This document shows, one piece after another, positions 1 through 12,050 of a stretch of 64,000 nt of DNA; positions within the stretch are counted from its first letter, which is position 1; each line of letters begins with the position of its first letter. The stretch is from NCBI RefSeq assembly GCF_000143415.4, contig NW_003314300.1:961898-1025897 (forward strand), in the 5' to 3' direction. Source of the stretch: Selaginella moellendorffii. Taxonomy: Eukaryota; Plantae; Lycopodiophyta. The notes under the pieces are model-generated. The model was not told where the DNA came from and ran no database searches. It saw nothing but the letters and a program-made list of their open reading frames with translations. A program made the translations under genes and the position numbers.

Positions 1-299
1 GCGATATTGAGGGACTAGTCTCAATATGTGAAGGTTCTTGTCAAGTCAATGCAAGACAAAGCAAAAGAGAACTAACAAGTGGGGCCAAGTATGCTAAACT
101 AAATAGACACTTAGGAATTCCTTCCTTATGCTCGTCTGGCCAAGTGTAGATGTAAAGTTCAGTTTACTAACACTTGAATAAGAGGGACTAATAAAGGGTC
201 TAGCAATACCAACCTCCTGCCATCGTGGCAGTAAGGTAAGAGTGTCCGTAAGGATTAGCCGACATGTAACTTTCGATACCTGAAGTCACATTCATGACA

Positions 300-1337
300 T
301 CTTGTTAGCACCTTTGCAACTACTATTAGATACTTCCTTCTCAATCGAGTGGTGTTCTAGCATTCTTGTCTAGAGCGGATTCTTTTGGATAATGGTCCCA
401 CATTTATAGCTGAGGCATTTCATGTTTTGATGTCTCAGTTGGGGATACACTACACTTTCACGAGTGCTTATCATCCACAATTAGACGATCTAGTGGAATG
501 GCTCATTCGGACATTTAAAGGGATGATTGGGAAGTATGTAAACTTTTAGCATTTCGATTGGGATGATTATTTGCCATCTTTTAGGTATACATATGTCACA
601 GAGGTGCAGAGTTCTGTTGGTGCTTCACCATATAAACTTCTATATGGTCATGATCCAATATTACCAACAAAGTTGGGTTTACCTTTGTGATTGCCACAAG
701 CTGCTGATGCTAGGTCGTGGGATCAATATTTGACGAGCATTCATCCACTTGTCCGAGCAGAGTTTGCCAAACACTTAGGCGGCGTATAAGTGGGACAACA
801 ACAGCGTTACAACTCCCATCATCGTCCACCTATAGAATACAAAGTGGATGATTTAGTGTTACTCCATTTTCCCCATCTTACGGTATGTGGTTTATCCAAG
901 GGGCTCCTTGTGCAGTGGAAAAGACTATATCAGGTGTTGCAGCAAGTTGGACCATAAGTTTATAAAGTTTGGCATGACTCCAGCAGGCCGATCCTCCAAA
1001 AATTGTGCATGTGCAGTGGTTGAAATATTTTATACAAAGGGATCAGGAGCAGTTAATACCATCTATAGATCCGCCAATGCCTCCTCCTGACGTTCCTCCA
1101 GATCCCAGCCCATCTACAAGAGAATTCTAATAGTCTTCCATTATTCCAAGAGGAGGGGATGATGTGAGGGCCAAGTGTACAGCTACGATGCCGTATATTA
1201 ATATTAGCATAGTGGGATTTTGGTAGCCGTCGGATTGGTTTCAATCTGAACCACTCACTCCTATAGATAAGCTAGGGTTTTGGGCTAATTAATATGCATA
1301 TTTTTTGCATTCCCTTTCCATATTCCAAGCACCCACA
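300..1337 (+). mobile_element. Truncated Ty3/gypsy LTR retrotransposon (integrase 3' part, PPT, 3' LTR); same family as 3505-8499
   Basis: Colinear with 7471-8499. PPT AGAGGAGGGGATGA ends at 1162 and the LTR is TGTGAG...CCCACA at 1163-1337. Many stop codons. Confidence 0.9.
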
Positions 1338-1488
1338 TATGTATATATATATACATATACATATACATATATATACATACACACACATACATATACATAT
1401 ACATACATATATATATACATATATATATACATACATACATATACACACATACATACAAATACATATACACATACATACATATATATAT
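1338..1488. repeat. Compound (TA)n/(CA)n/(TACA)n microsatellite
   Basis: Directly visible; abuts the LTR end. It explains the spurious ORFs at 1272-1524. Confidence 0.95.
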
Positions 1489-2809
1489 TGGATTTGCTTT
1501 AGGAAGTGAGACATTAAAATTCATATTTTACAACTATGATATTTGTAAAATGATGTAAATAATTCCTTCTAGCAATGCCAGAATATAGGGCCTCTTGGAA
1601 GACTTAGAGATCTCTCCATAGCAGTGTAAATTGCAAGAGTTCTTTCACAATTTTCTGATTGAAAGTTTTATACATGATTAAAAAAGATGAAGATGTATTA
1701 TCTTTATAAAAATTGTCTAATATAATGGCAAGTACAAACAAAATCATATATTTATTATTAAATCCTAAAACAATATCAGACCAAACATCTAATCTTTCAC
1801 TTCCATCTATATACTACATCTATGGCATCAGAATTTGTAGGTTACCAAGTTTGTACTCTTTTTTTAATTGAGATTTAACCTCATTATATATATTTCCAAT
1901 GAAAAGAAAATCACTATCTTATGGCAAATATAGGAATGAGCCTAACTTAAAGATCAAAGCTCTGCCTTAAATTTAGCCTCAGCCCCCAGATTGATTGCTA
2001 GAAATATTGTTAGATTGAAGTTCTGTGTTTTTATATCTTTATAAAAGACTCTGGTATAATTCTAGCAAAATTTTGCAACAGAAAACCACCATGAAGTGTC
2101 AAGAATTAGCAAGAAAAACTAATGGCTTGAATAAAATTTTCTTGTATCAGTTTTGACTATTCTGGTTGAGATCTATTGTCATACATTCTTGGACATCAGA
2201 ACGTCAAATTCATCATCACATCATCAAATCCCAAGAACATCCTTAGATGTGGATATGGATCTCCTTAGAAACTCAATCTCATTTGAGAAGTGAAAAACAT
2301 CAATTGGAAGGCTTATCTTTCCTAGTTGTAGTTGATTTGATTTATGTTTTACCTTGTGTTATTTAAACTTCTTGTTAATTATTCATGGTTTATTATCTTT
2401 TATTACATGATAAATAAATAATTTACTGCATGTTGCATATAGTAATTGCTTAGTAATGTTATTTTAGTTTAGTATTATTTATGAATCCAATTGATCAATG
2501 TGTTATTCAATTAAGAATTCTCAAATTTTGGCTGAAAGAGAAGTTCAAATGAAACCACATTGACTGTTTTATGCTCCAACTCTACTTTTTCATATTTTAG
2601 ATTGTTGAAGCATCATGTCTCATCATGTTTAAGTTGTTATCATAATTATAAATATGTTTATAATTTATAATACTGTAGATTATGAAATATCTAGTAAATT
2701 TTATAATAAAAAACATGTTTATTAATAAAATAAAATATAAAATTAATCTAAATGAATAAATAAAATGGTAAAATATCCCAAAATATCCAAACATATTTTA
2801 TGTATTTAC

Positions 2810-3313
2810 TATAGGTTTTCTTAAGCAAACCAAAATCCCAATAAAAAAATAAATGGATTTGTAGCATGCTCTTGACGAGTTTTTCTTGCCTGTGAGGAAA
2901 AATGCGTTACAAGCATCTTACATTTTCCCATGTCCCACTGGGTGCCATGGTGAGTTCTTTTTCTGTGAGTTTGGAAGCTTGACAAACTTTCATAGTTTTA
3001 GCTCCATGAACTCTGAGGAAATATAAATGTAGTTTTATATCAAAGAAGATCGCTCTTTACCTCTCTGCAAATCCTTTTGGTGTCTCGTCGACTGCCCAAG
3101 GAGTTTTGGTGGCATCCCAGGAGCTGGGCGGAACAAGGCCTGGAAGCATTTGACAAAATACCCCTCCATCCAATGGCTGCCATTTAGATGTAATGGCCTG
3201 AAAAGTCATCTCTCTTTAGTGCCAGGTATAAGAAGTATTTATTAGTTAAACTAACTATAATTTCCACATACTAATTATTGCCAACATTTTTGGTTTGCTT
3301 AAGCAAATCTATA
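2810..3313. mobile_element. Putative MITE with 26-bp terminal inverted repeats
   Basis: TATAGGTTTTCTTAAGCAAACCAAAA (2810-2835) vs TTTTGGTTTGCTTAAGCAAATCTATA (3288-3313): 24/26 inverted match, TA at both ends, no ORF. Confidence 0.55.
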
Positions 3314-3504
3314 AGGGGAGTGAGTGGATATACATAAAATATATTTATAATTTATAAATTTTTCTAAACATTTCTTAGTATATTCTTGTTTATTCTACCA
3401 TCAAATGGAATTAATCTTTTTTTATAAATTGTAAACATGTTTATAATTATAAACTTTCATTTGATTAATTATATTAATAAATACAAATTATTAAAATCAA
3501 AAAG

Positions 3505-3677
3505 TGTGAGGGCCAAGTGTACGGTTATGATCGTATACTAATATTAGCGTAGTGGGATTTTGGTAGCCGTTGGATTGGTTTCAATCTGGACCACTCGCTC
3601 CTGTATATAAACTAAGGTTTTTGGGCTAATTAATATGCACATTTCTGTATTCCCTTTCCATATTCCAGGCACTCACA
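3505..3677 (+). repeat. 5' LTR (173 bp)
   Basis: TG...CA ends with a 6-bp terminal inverted repeat; about 95% identical to the 3' LTR by eye. Confidence 0.95.
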
Positions 3678-3910
3678 TTGGTGGAGGTGAGGGGCACCTT
3701 TGATTGTCCCTAAGGAGTGCTTGGATTTGGGATTTTGGTTTAGATCTAGCTTTTGCATTGTCTAGATTTAGCTTTTTCCATTTCCTTTCTTTTGTTCTTT
3801 CTTTTCAGGGTTTTGGTTTAGATCTAGCTTTTTGCATTGTCTAGATCTACCATTTCCTTCTAGCTTTTTGTCATTTCTCTTCTTTTGCTCTTTCTTTTTT
3901 GTTCATCTTC

Positions 3911-4843
3911 ATGGTAGATCAGCAATCTCCTCTTTTGACTCTAGAGCAACAGTTGGTACAATTGCTTAATGCTATGCGCTTGCAATTGAACAACTAAACT
4001 CAATTGATGGTGGCATTCACGGCACGTGGTACAACTCCTCCTGCTCTTGGTGCCAATCCTTGCGTTCGGCTAGAGTTCTTTCGCGGGAATCCTGGGGATG
4101 ATGTGTACCATTGGTTCGATCACTTCACGGTGATTGCCACATATCATTCTTGGGATGATGCTTGACGGTTGCGTGAGTTTCCCACGTGTCTCCAAGGGAC
4201 GGCGTTGCAGTGGTACAATGGTTTGAGCACAGCCACTCGTGGGGATTGGAGTGTTCTCCCGGACGTCTTCAAACGCACCTTCGAACGTGCTGATGATTGT
4301 GATGATGCTTTTCAACAATTGCATTGTCTTCGCCAAGGGCCATCTAAGTCGGTAATGCAATTTGGCGTTCGTTTCCGAAGTCTTTTGCTTCGTGTGGAGC
4401 CAAATATGTTGGAGCGGATCAAGCTAGGAATGTTGTGGCCAGCACTTCGTCAAGATCTTGTTGGACTTGTGCATGCACTTGCTCCTGCCACCCTTGATGA
4501 TGCTCTTCGCTTGGCACAACGTTATGAGACGTCGCCTCTTCCACTTCTCGTTGCATGTAATTCCGCTCCACTTCCTATGGGTGATGGTCTTGTTCCAATG
4601 GAGGTTGATGCTGCTGCTGCTCGAGTCCAAGGACAAGCGCGAGGACGTGGTCGTGGCCGTGATGTTCGCTGCTAGGCATGTGATGAAGTTGGTCATACTT
4701 ATCGGCGTTGCCATCGTTTTCCAGATTAGCGACCTCCATTTTCTGGGTGGAGACCTTGGCGTCAGCAACATTTCGTGGGTGTTGTTGCAGTGGAAGCTCT
4801 GGACACCGAGATGCATCTGGGAAATGAGGCGTCGCACGAGTAA
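3911..4843 (+). pseudogene. gag: gag (capsid plus CCHC zinc knuckle) with in-frame stops
   Basis: ATG at 3911 is in frame with ORF 4169-4675 (LQGTALQWY, PMEVD). The knuckle C-*-A-C-D-E-V-G-H-T-Y-R-R-C lies at about 4670-4711. Natural stop TAA at 4841-4843. Confidence 0.85.
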
Positions 4844-7800
4844 CGGAGGGACCTTGCGCGAATAAATCAGTGACCCCTCCATCTTTCTTTCGGGAGTATC
4901 ATCAAAGGGTTCACTCGGCACCAGTTCATCCAGTGTTTACTTTCCAAGCTCGTTTTTATAACAAGAGGTCTCCTATTATTCTCTCCATGTTGGTTGATAT
5001 AGGTTCGAGTTTATCTTCTATTGCTCGACCTATTGCCACACGTTGTCGTCTACACTTGCGTCGTACGGCAGAATCAGTTTTCATTCTTTATGACAACGGC
5101 CGTACACATGCATGTGCATGGGATGAGGTGGACCTAGTTGTGCGTGTGGGCAATCTCGAGCTTGAGTTGCAGTTGTTGCGGGTGGTGCTGAGTCAAACTT
5201 TTGACCTCATTCTTGGTATGGATTAGTTGTAGCGCAATCATGCCAAGTGTGACTTTGAGGCTTCTCCCCCTTGTCTCATACTTCCATATGTTTCATCCAT
5301 TCCTCTCACTTCCATACCTCTTCGTCCCTCTACTTTTACCTCTGCTTCCATTACTTTTGTTCCCCCACTCTTTCCTTCTATGTTTCCATCTTGTTCTGCT
5401 TTTCCCTTTTCCGATCCCTCTGACGATTTTTGTGTTGCAGCAGTTGACCGGCTCATGAAGGAGTATTCTGATCTCTTTGAATTTGACCTATCGTCTGGGG
5501 CCAAGATTGCCACACGTCATCCGATTCCAACCGGGGATGCTCATCCAATCAAGGTTCCTGTTCGTCGTCAGTCACCTAAGGAGATCAAGATTTTACGAGC
5601 AAACGTCAAGGAAATGCTAGAGAAGGGTGTTATTCGGAAGTCGCGGAGTCCTTGGGCATGTGAACCTCATCTTATGACGAAGTCTGATGGGAGTATTCGT
5701 TTCTGCATCAACTATCGTCCGTTAAACGAGTGACGATTCCAGATGTGTATCCTCTTCCTCACACTGCTGATCTCTTGGATCATCTGGGGCGAAATCGTTG
5801 GTTCATCAAGCTAGATCTTGCTTCTGGGTATTGGCAAGTACCGATAGCCGAAGAAGATATTCTTAAGACTGTTTTTTGTATACCATTTGGTTTGTACGAG
5901 TTTTTGGTGATGCTGTTTGGTTTGAACAATGCTCTAGCAACTTTCCAGCGGATGATGGATGAGGTTCTTTGCAATATGCCAGAGGTGACTGCTGACTTCA
6001 TTGATGATGCTTGATCCACTCGGAGGGGACGTGGGAGGAGCATGTTCATGATGTTTGTAAAGTGTTGGATCGGCTACGCGACGTTGGTTTAAAGCTGAAG
6101 CGGTCAAAGTGCGTGTTTGGGTTCAAGGACACAACTTATCTTGGGTACTGTATTTCTCGTGAGGGTTTGCAAGTTGATCTTGACAAACTTGTGGCTGTTC
6201 TAAAGTTCCCTACTCCGAAGTGTGTAAATGATGTGCAGCGCTTTTTGGGTAAGGTGCAGTATCTCGGTCGTTTTGTGGATCATCTTTCCGATCGCACTAC
6301 ACCATTGCGAGCGTTGTTGAAGTCATCAATGTCATCTTTCATCTGGTCTCCAGATTGTGAGCAGGCGTTCGTGGATCTCAAAGAGCTATTGATGACTCCT
6401 CCGGTTTTGGCATATCCTAACTACACTCGACCTTTTATTTTGCGCGTGGATGCTTCTGACATTGGTATTGGAGGTGTGTTGATGCAAGAGAGCTAGAGTG
6501 TGCCTGGTCAGCGCCATCCCATTGCATACATAAGCCGTACATTACAACCAGCGGAGATGAACTACTCCACGACGGAGAATGAGTGTTTAGCAGCAGTCTG
6601 GGGTTTCGAGAAACTTCATGCATATCTACATGGTTCTCGGACGTTACTTGAAGGTGACCATACTGTTGTTACTTTATTATTGAAGCAAAAGAACCTGGTT
6701 GGTCGTACAGCTCAATGGGCTTTGAAGCTTCAGATATATGATTTCGATGTTGTTTATCGCCCAGGGAGTTCTATGGTTGATGCTGATGCCCTTTCTCGAG
6801 CTCCTCTTCCTTCTCCACTCACTTCTCATGTTTCTGACGAACCTGTTCTAGCATCTATGGATTTTCTAGATGAGGATTCTGTGCCATCGGCGGTTGCTGT
6901 CCTTGACGTTCAGTGTCCACAGGGTGCAGAGCAAGATCTACCTTCTCTTGATGAGGTTCGCGAGGCTCAAAAGATTGAGCCATGGATTCAAAGGCTTCGA
7001 GATGGGTTTGAGAATCCTGCATCACTTGCTGATGACTTACCTTTTCGGCATTTACATTCTCAATATCGCCTTGAAGATGGCCCTCTGTATTTTGTGGGGA
7101 CGGATCCTGATGATCATTTACAGCTGGTGGTGCCTTTAGTGTTTATTCCGCGGTTTCTCCATGCCTACCATGATTCTCCTGTTCTAGGTGGGCATATGGG
7201 ACACCGTCGTGTCACCGAGAAGCTGCGCAGGTTTTTCTATTGGCCGGAGATGCGACGTGATATTATCTGGTATGTGCGTAGCTGCGTTTGGTGCCAAGCT
7301 CATAATACTCCCCCTCGTGCTGCGGAAGGATGGTTGGAGTCAATTGTGGTTTCCCGTCCATTTGAGTTAGTGGTGTTTGATCTTATGGGACCTTTTCCAC
7401 GGTCGACTGCTGGCAATGAGTATGTTATTATTGCTTCTAACTACTTGACTCATTAAGTGGAAGTTGGTGCTCTTGCTAGCACCTCTGCAACTACTGTTGG
7501 ATACTTCCTCCTCAATCGAGTGGTGTTCTAGCATTCTTGTTCAGAGCGGATTCTTTCGGATAATGGTTGGCTGAGGCATTTCATGTTTTTACGTCTCAAT
7601 TGGGGATATGCCACAATTTCATGAGTGCTTGTCATCCACAATCAGATGGTCTGGTGGAACGGCTTGTTCGGACATTCAAAGGGATGATTGCGAAGTATGT
7701 GAACTTTTAGCATTTGGATTGGGATGGTTATTTGCCGTCTCTTCGGTATGCATATGTTACAGAGGTGTAGAGTTCTATTGGTGCTTCACCATATAAACTC

Positions 7801-8292
7801 TTATATGGTCATGATCTAATATTACCAACGGAGCTGGGTTTACCTTCGCGATTGCCACGAGTTGCCGATGCTAGATCATAGGATCAGTATCTGACGAGCA
7901 TTCTTCCACTTGTCCCAGCAGAGTCTGCCGAACACTTAGGCCGCGTACAAGTGGGACAACAACGGCGCTACAACTCCCATCATCGTCCACCTGCGAAGTA
8001 CAAAGTGGATGATTTGGTGTTAGTCCGTTTTCCCCATCTTACGGTATGTGGTTTATCTAAGGGGCTTCTTGCGCAATGGAAAAGATCGTATCGTGTGTTG
8101 CGGCAAGTTGGACCACAAGTTTATGAGGTTCGGCATGACGTTCAGCAAGCCGATCCTCCAAAGATTGTGCATGTGCAACGGCTGAAACGCTTCGTACAAA
8201 GGGATCAAGAGGAGTTAATACCACCTACAAATCCACTGATGCCTCCTCCTGACGTTCCTCCAGATCCCGGCCCATCTTCAAGAGAACTCTGA
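4825..8292 (+). pseudogene. pol: pol (protease, RT, RNase H, integrase), disrupted
   Basis: Protease LVDIGSS; RT RFCINYRPLN, KLDLASGYWQV, FIDD; RNase H RVDAS; integrase H-H-C-C (YHDSPVLGGHMG...CVWCQ) and VHVQRLKRF. Stops and a frameshift are present. Confidence 0.92.
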
Positions 8293-8324
8293 TGGTCTTC
8301 CATTATCCCGAGAGGAGGGGATGA

Positions 8325-8499
8325 TGTGAGGGCTAAGTGTACGGTTACGATGCTATATACTAATATTAGCGTAGTGGGATTTTGGTAGCCGTTGGATTGG
8401 TTTCAATCTGGACCACTCACTCCTGTATATAAGCTAGGGTTTTTGGGCTAATTAATATGCACATTTCTGTATTCCCTTTCCATATTCCAGGCACTCACA
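8325..8499 (+). repeat. 3' LTR (175 bp)
   Basis: Follows the PPT; TGTGAG...CTCACA. Confidence 0.95.
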
Positions 8500-8509
8500 A
8501 AAGTTATTA

Positions 8510-9454
8510 TTAAAATTTATATTTCATATTGTACGAGAAATTTTTTAAAAGAAATAAAGCATTGTATGATAAAACATCTAGAATCCTTATCGCATTTGAA
8601 GGGTCGGCACAGAGAAACTTTTTGGAACAGAATTTCTTCACCTTAGTGATAAATGTAGGCCTTTTACCTTCTTTGATGCAATCAGCCAAAGTTTTTCTCA
8701 TGCTGATGAGATAAAACCAAGGAAGAGTTCCCACAAAAACGATTCCAGGAAATACAATATCTTCCAGTGGTACACGTCCCAGGTCATAGAGCTCATGTAG
8801 CCTTTCATTATCTTGTATTGCAGCTATGGATTCTGCCATGAGTTGAGCTTCAGGATTATGACTTCTGAGTTGAAGATGATCAGAGGTTTTGTCTTCAGTA
8901 GCTACCATGATCTTTACCATGGTCACTTCATCTTCCACACACAAATCTGAACTTACTTCTGGCCGTCTAACATCTGCAGTGGAATGGTGACTCCAGTCCT
9001 TATAGAGGAACCATTCCTGTCATAATCTAAGAACTCCAACAACCTCTTACCCACATCGATGGCACAAGACTCACGTCTCCGGTGAGCTCTATTGGCAGAG
9101 ATGATGTCCTTCACAAGTAATTCTACAACACAAGACCTAAATGAGATCTCTGCACTAGATGAGCTCAAGTAAACGTCTATAAGATCCAGATCTAAAAACT
9201 CTTGAACTTCCTCTGCAAAGACAGTGCATGGTGGTTCACCAAAGAATTCCTCGAAGGACCTAACTTGCGTGACCCAATTCCCTGTCGACCCAAGAAGATC
9301 CCACTTCCCTGTTAGCCCGAGAAGATCCCACTTCCCTGTGAGCCCGAGAAGATCCCACTTTCCTGTCAGCCCGAGAAGTTCCCACTTCCTTGCCCTCGTC
9401 TGACTCTTTCCTTTTCGTCCTTGCCATAGGGTTCCTTTCAGACTCTTTCGCCAT
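8510..9454 (-). pseudogene. Frameshifted copy 1 of an intronless PD-(D/E)XK nuclease-like gene
   Basis: Fragments 9260-9454, 8953-9168 and 8510-8944 align with ORF 18618-19553. Relative to copy 2 it has 17-bp (~9271), 4-bp (~8959) and 3' (~8590) deletions. Confidence 0.75.
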
Positions 9455-9829
9455 AGGGTTCTTTGTTTCTTTCAGGGTTGATACGTTTTATACGTGGCAA
9501 GGGCAATTTCTTTTTTAGGCACAATCCGTAATCTGAGCTCTAGTGGCGAGGCCGGTGTTTCGCCTGGAGCAATCGCGCAGTGCCTCGAGTCTGTCAGTAG
9601 TCTGTCACTCGCGAAGATGGCTTTTTGCTAGGAACTCATTGATCGAGGGGAACTGAACTCCCTTCAATGCTGCAGCTTTACGTCCCAGCGAGGGATTCTC
9701 AATCGAATGCCGTGTGAGATATTCTCACCTGGATGGTTGCGGCACTTGCCCACTCAGGGCAACTGTAGCGCTTGTTTGGCGGAAAACCAACTCAGAAATC
9801 TATGAGCACTCTCAGGCTGGCAAAGTTTC

Positions 9830-10560
9830 GTTAATGCAGAACATTTGATGTGGTTCCACAATGATAAAAGTTTTTAGAACACTCTTCACGGATGACTCCC
9901 TTTGCTATGATCATGCAAACGTATCCGCCTTGGGATGGTGCTTTTCTTTTGAGTGTTTTCCAGGTACATAAACTCAGGTTTATGTGACAGCGCGACAATG
10001 TGATCCAAACTTCTTGATCGAGAAAAGCAGTGGAAGGCTGCGATCGATCATCCGCAGGGGATTGCTGTGCATAGCAATGGAGTTGAGACGAAAAGCAAGC
10101 TGGAAAGTAAAACCAAGCTTCAGGAGGGACGCAAGCGTTCTGGAAAGCACTATTTTGCTCATTTTTGCAGAGGGGACTTGCGTGAACAAGGAGGACAATG
10201 TGATGTTCAAGCAGGTTCTTGATTTCGTAGTTTCTCCAGGTAGTTCTTATTTCCTTGCTCTTGATTTTGCGGATTGCATTCGAACTGGATTTCACTGTCT
10301 GCCCCGTTTCTCTGAAAGTAAAACAAGATAATTGTCCACGCTAAGTTTATACTTTTCATCTCGATTGACTTTCAGTTTTTTTTTTTCGTTTAGCTGAAGC
10401 TGATGTCGTCCTGGGTAGTCGTTTGCGATGTCTGGTATGTGGAGCCACAAATGAACGATGCACCAATAGGATTCTCGGAGAAGCATGCAAAGAGCACTCT
10501 TCTTATTTATATTCTATATTCCTTTCAGAGTCTGCGATAGCGAAACGAGCTGAAGTTACG
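9830..10560. repeat. Unknown ~700-bp sequence, copy 1 of 3 (also ~15090-15795 and ~19840-20590)
   Basis: Near-identical ORF-track peptides in all three places (e.g. KEIRTAWRNYEIKNLLEHHIVLLVHASPLC), with frameshifts differing between copies. Confidence 0.8.
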
Positions 10561-11360
10561 AAAGTCGCTTGAAATACTACGTCCAATCTCGAAACTCACA
10601 GAAGAAGAACAGCTCAACGTGGTGCCATTGGAAAATGTAAGATTCTTGCTTTGTTTTCTCTAAATTTTGCGTGAAAGCCTGTAGCCTACGCGTTTTTCCT
10701 CCACGGGCCAGAAACTCCCCTAGACCATGCTAAGAAGATTACGAACAAAGACAAATTCATGGAATGATCGACGTGGTTTTTTTCTTGTTTTTCTTTTTAT
10801 TTCGAAGAAAGCCAATGCCGAATAAAAAATCTCCGCTCCTCTGGGCCGGCTTGGACCAGATGAGAAATGAAAGCGACGAAGAACCGCACGCGCTTGCGAC
10901 GTTTGTGTGTTCATTCTTCGTTTGAGTCAAGCACACGAGTCAGGCACACGAGTCAAGCACCGTTTGATAATGGGAATCGAAATGCTGACGGCCTTGGCCA
11001 AACTCTTTGTACAACGCGCAAGAATGCCACCATACCGCCTTGCTATGGCGCTTGTAAGAAATTTTGTTTTTGGTCCTGACGTAACATGGTTTGGTCCCGG
11101 CATTATGGCTTCCTAGGCAATCTGACGCGCCAGTCCTGTCACACCAGACATTGCGTCAATTCTGCCGTGTGCTGACCGAGGAGCTCTTCGTCACTACGGC
11201 TAGAGGCGACTAGGGCGATGATCGATCGATCGATCGTTCTGTGACCGAAATATCGCGACGAAAATTTCAAGACTATCCTTCGCTACCATGCCTTTATTCT
11301 AAATAACAGGCTATTTTTAGGTCGCAAAGAAATTCTAGCACAGCGACAGCAACCACATCA

Positions 11361-12050
11361 ATGGATGGAGGAGGAGAAGATGGATCACCTCCTTCCCCTG
11401 ACGGAGGAGGAGAAGATGGATCACCTCCTCTTCCCCCTGACGCTGGCGGAGCCGATGGATCACCTCCTCCCCCTGACGGAGGAGGAGAAGATGGATCACC
11501 TCCTCCTCCCCCTGACGCTGGCGGAGCCGATGGATCACCTCCTCCCCCTGACGGAGGAGGAGAAGATGGATCACCTCCTCCTCCCCCTGACGCTGGCGGA
11601 GCCGATGGATCACCTCCTCCTCCCCTCCTGGGCCAGGGTCCGTACGCCCCTGATGCTGGCGGAGTCGATCCTCCCCGCCTGCGGAGTCCGTACGCCCCTG
11701 ATGCTGGCGGAGCCGATGGATCACCTCCTCCTCCCCGCCTGGGCCTGGGTCCGTACGCCCCTGATGCTGGCGGAGCCGATGGATCACCTCCTCCTCCCCG
11801 CCTGGGCCTGGGTCCTCCCCGCCTGGGCCTGGGTCCGTACGCCCCTGATGCTGGCGGAGCCGATGGATCACCTCGTCTTCCAGGAGAAGATGGATCACCT
11901 CCTCCCCCTGACGCTGGCGGAGCCGATGGATCACCTCCTCCTCCCCCTGACGCTGGCGGAGCCGATGGATCACCTCCTCCTCCCCCTGACGCTGGCGGAG
12001 CCGATGGATCATCCGGCGGTGGAGCTCCTCCTCCTCCCCCTGACGCTGGC
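11361..12050 (+). repeat. Coding minisatellite, 33-36-bp units (CCTGACGCTGGCGGAGCCGATGGATCACCTCCTCCTCCC variants)
   Basis: Visible tandem array encoding [13 protein letters not shown] / [12 protein letters not shown] / RLGLGPYAP. Confidence 0.95.

Larger units (their letters stand above)
3505..8499 (+). mobile_element. Full-length degenerate Ty3/gypsy (non-chromovirus) LTR retrotransposon
   Basis: LTRs 3505-3677 and 8325-8499 (TGTGAG...CTCACA). TSD AAAG at 3501-3504 and 8500-8503. PBS TGGTGGAGGTGAGGGG from 3679, PPT 8310-8324. Domain order gag-PR-RT-RH-INT; no chromodomain. Confidence 0.95.

Noticed and set aside
1272-1524. Five overlapping ORFs rich in Y/I/C/M/V/H/T
   Set aside because: Translations of the TA/CA microsatellite.
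9280-9390. 27-bp direct repeats as a CRISPR-like array
   Set aside because: Contiguous coding tandem repeats without spacers, in a eukaryote.
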